Source: Squalus acanthias
Taxonomy: Eukaryota
Length of the DNA: 64,000 bases
Reading direction: 5' to 3'
Assembly: GCA_030390025.1 (NCBI GenBank)
Contig: JASTWF010000330.1
Span: 124,001 to 188,000 of the forward strand
A program made the translations under genes and the position numbers. Every line of letters starts with the position of its first letter. Within the stretch, counting starts at the first letter, position 1. Below are positions 61,441 through 64,000 of this stretch, one piece after another. The notes below the pieces were generated by a model. The model was given only the letters and a program-made list of their open reading frames with translations. It did no database searches and was not told the DNA's origin.

Positions 61441-62549
61441 TGAAGTGATCATTACTAGTCCTAGCCCCTTTAGGGCTACCTCGGATCAGGTGTATTCCTC
61501 AGACGTTCACATTCAAGTGAAGTTTGAGGTAGCCCAATCCTAAAGACGCTTAATTGGGTCTAAAGTTCCGGACTATCTCTCCCTAAAGGAAAGGAACAAC
61601 CTGAAAATGTTACCGTCCTACAAATAGCACTTTTAATAAGTTTAGCTAGACTGTAATGTTCCGGCTATTATGAGGGTCCGGGAAACTCCCCCAGAATTCT
61701 GCAACTCCTCACCAAAGAGTGTACAGAGATTGAGTTCGCGAGTTTGATACAGAAGTCTTATGTGAGACAATTCTAAAAATATAAAATTTATTAAAGAACC
61801 GACATGTAATTTACAGTTGGTGAGTCAATCGCAACATTAACAGTTCCAAAAAGTGAAAGCTTAGAATTCTATTATCAGAGAACCTTACTCTCAAATCTTA
61901 ACTTCGCTACAGTTTTACAGTTCTAAGTTTTCTACAGGATATCCACCAAAATCAAATACAGTACCTTTGATCCCCGAGGTACAAAGAGTTCGAGACTTAT
62001 CGTAACGTCTCTGAAGCCGAGAATCACTTTGTCCCTTTACAGTGAGTCTACTATCCCATTTGAGAGTTCAATATTTAAACCCTTTTCCAGTGGTATTTCC
62101 TTTAAGGTTTTCTGCTGATGTAAGCTAATTATCTCCAGTCATTTTTCTGCTGACCCCTGCAATTTTAATCACCTCAGCTGGTAGCATTACACGATTATGT
62201 CTCTTCTCTAGGTGTTCTAAGTTTACCCTAAAAAACGGTGTGTTTTTTTATTTGATGTCATTTTTACGAAGGCAGATGTTTGTGCTTCTTTACGAAGTGT
62301 AAATTAGAACATCTTGTAATAGGGTGGGTGAGCCATTGTCTTGTTCCCAAAGCCTTTAACCTTCTGTTTCAATAAAGTTATTGATTCAGTGTCAACAACC
62401 GTCTTATCTCGATAGCCAGAATGTTTTCACAGCTTTTTCATAGTTAGGTTTCTAGATTTCCAAACCCAGTTTGTCATGTTATAATAAGGCCAGAATTCTT
62501 TCATAGAATGTTGTATTTTTCTGAATGGGTTATATGGCTTATTCCTTCA
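61441..62549 (-). mobile_element. Solo LTR (1109 bp)
   Basis: Termini TGAAG...CTTCA and 6-bp TSD cactcc on both sides. The minus strand has TATA-like tttaaata (~62075) upstream of AATAAA (~61790). Confidence 0.8.
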
Positions 62550-64000
62550 CACTCCAATCAGACACTAACTTCAACTACACCCAGTCACTGCATCTTACAC
62601 CACTCACTCACTGCATCTCAGTGCGACAGTGACTGCATCCCACTCACTTCAATCGTTATATCCCACTCCCCTCATTCTCCTCATTCCACTCCCCTCATTC
62701 TCCTCATCCCACTCCCCTCAGTCTCCTCATCCCACTCCCCTCAGTCTCCTCATCTCACTCCCCTCGGTCTCCTCATCTCACTCCCCTCAGTCTCCTCATC
62801 CCACTCCCCTCAGTCTCCTCATCTCACTCCCCTCGGTCTCCTCATCTCACTCCCCTCAGTCTCCTCATTCCACTCCCCTCAGTCTCCTCATTCCACTCCC
62901 CTCAGTCTCCTCATCCCACTCCCCTCAGTCTCCTCATCCCACTCCCCTCAGTCTCCTCATCCCACTCCCCTCAGTCCCCTCATCGCACTCCCCTCAGTCT
63001 CCTCACACCACTCCCCTCAGTCCCCTCATCCCACTCCCCTCAGTCTCCTCATCCCACTCCGCTCAGTCTCCTCATCCCACTCCCCTCGGTCTCCTCATCC
63101 CACTGCCCTGATTCTCCTCATCCCACTCCCCTTGGTCTCCTCATCCCACTCCCCTCGGTCTCCTCATCCCACTTCCCTCAGTCTCCTCTTCCCACTCCCC
63201 TCAGTCTCCTCATCCCACTCCCCTCAGTCTCCTCGTCCCACTCCCCTCAGTCTCCTCATCCTTCCCCCCTCAGTCTCCTCATCCCTCCCCCCTCAGTCTC
63301 CTCTTCCCACTCCCTCAGTCTCCTCATCCCACTCCCCTCAGTCTCCTCATCCCACTCCCCTCAGTCTCCTCATCCCACTCCCCTCAGTCTCCTCATCCCA
63401 CTCCCCTCAGTCTCCTCATCCCACTCCCCAGTCTCCTCATCCCACTCCCGAGTCTCCTCATCCCACTTCCCTGTGTGTGTCCTATCCCACTGCCCGCCCT
63501 ATTTTTACTCCACATCCCTCAGTTGCCTCATCTGACTCGCTCACTGTCTGGAACGGACATCCCTCACTCAAGACATCCTACTCCCCTCAGTCTCCTCATC
63601 CCACTTCCGGCAGTCTCCTCATCCCACTCCCTTCAGCCTCCTCCTCCCACTCCCCTCAGTCTCCTCATCCCACTTCCGGCAGTCTCCTCATCCCACTCCC
63701 TTCAGTCTCCTCCTCCCACTCCCCTCAGTTTCATCATCCCACTCGCCTCAGTCTCCTCATCCCGCTACCGCCAGTCTCCTCATCCTACTCCCTTCGGTCT
63801 CCTCACCCCACTCCCCTCAGCGTCCTTTACCCACACCCCTTAGTCTCCTCATCCCACTCCCGCCAGTCTCCTCTCTCCCACTCCCCTCAGTCTCCTCATT
63901 CAACTCCCGCCAGTCTCCTCTCTCCCACTCCCCTCAGTCTCCGCATCCCACTCCCCTCAGCGTCCCCCACCTATTCCCCTCAGTCTCCTCATCCCACTCC

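Larger units (their letters stand above)
56750..64000 (-). repeat. 23-bp minisatellite of the same family as 1040-8476, inverted, with sub-array variants
   Basis: + strand units cagtcactgcatcccactcccct, cagtcaccacaccccgctcccct and cagtctcctcatcccactcccct; interrupted by an exon island and an LTR. Confidence 0.95.

Overview
This is eukaryotic DNA, almost certainly from a cartilaginous fish (shark), judging by HE1/V-SINEs, a DeuSINE and CR1, L2 and Penelope retroelements. Most of the window is tandem satellite or retroelement, and nearly all long ORFs in the supplied track are repeat artefacts. The exception is one intact CR1 ORF2 (13422-16289). Reading splice signals by hand reveals the 3' halves of two paralogous, convergently transcribed genes that the ORF track misses. 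Gene A (+) has exons at 2001-2096, 3690-3785, 8571-8633, 11992-12077 and 17620-17715. Gene B (-) has exons at 61192-61097, 56656-56567, 54524-54409 and 33273-33175. Both encode Ser/Thr/Pro-rich linker modules on symmetric phase-1 exons embedded in the same 23-bp satellite. These are followed by a ~60-70 aa C-terminal domain split by a phase-0 intron, reminiscent of the CLEC20A / fish C-type lectin tail (inference). The linker exon is being duplicated and lost inside the satellite, and the last intron of gene B is ~21 kb of almost pure satellite. Also present are five Penelope-associated minimal hammerhead ribozyme motifs, a CR1-tail-derived minisatellite with an intact CR1 inserted into it, nested insertions, and a 1.1-kb solo LTR with a 6-bp target-site duplication (TSD).
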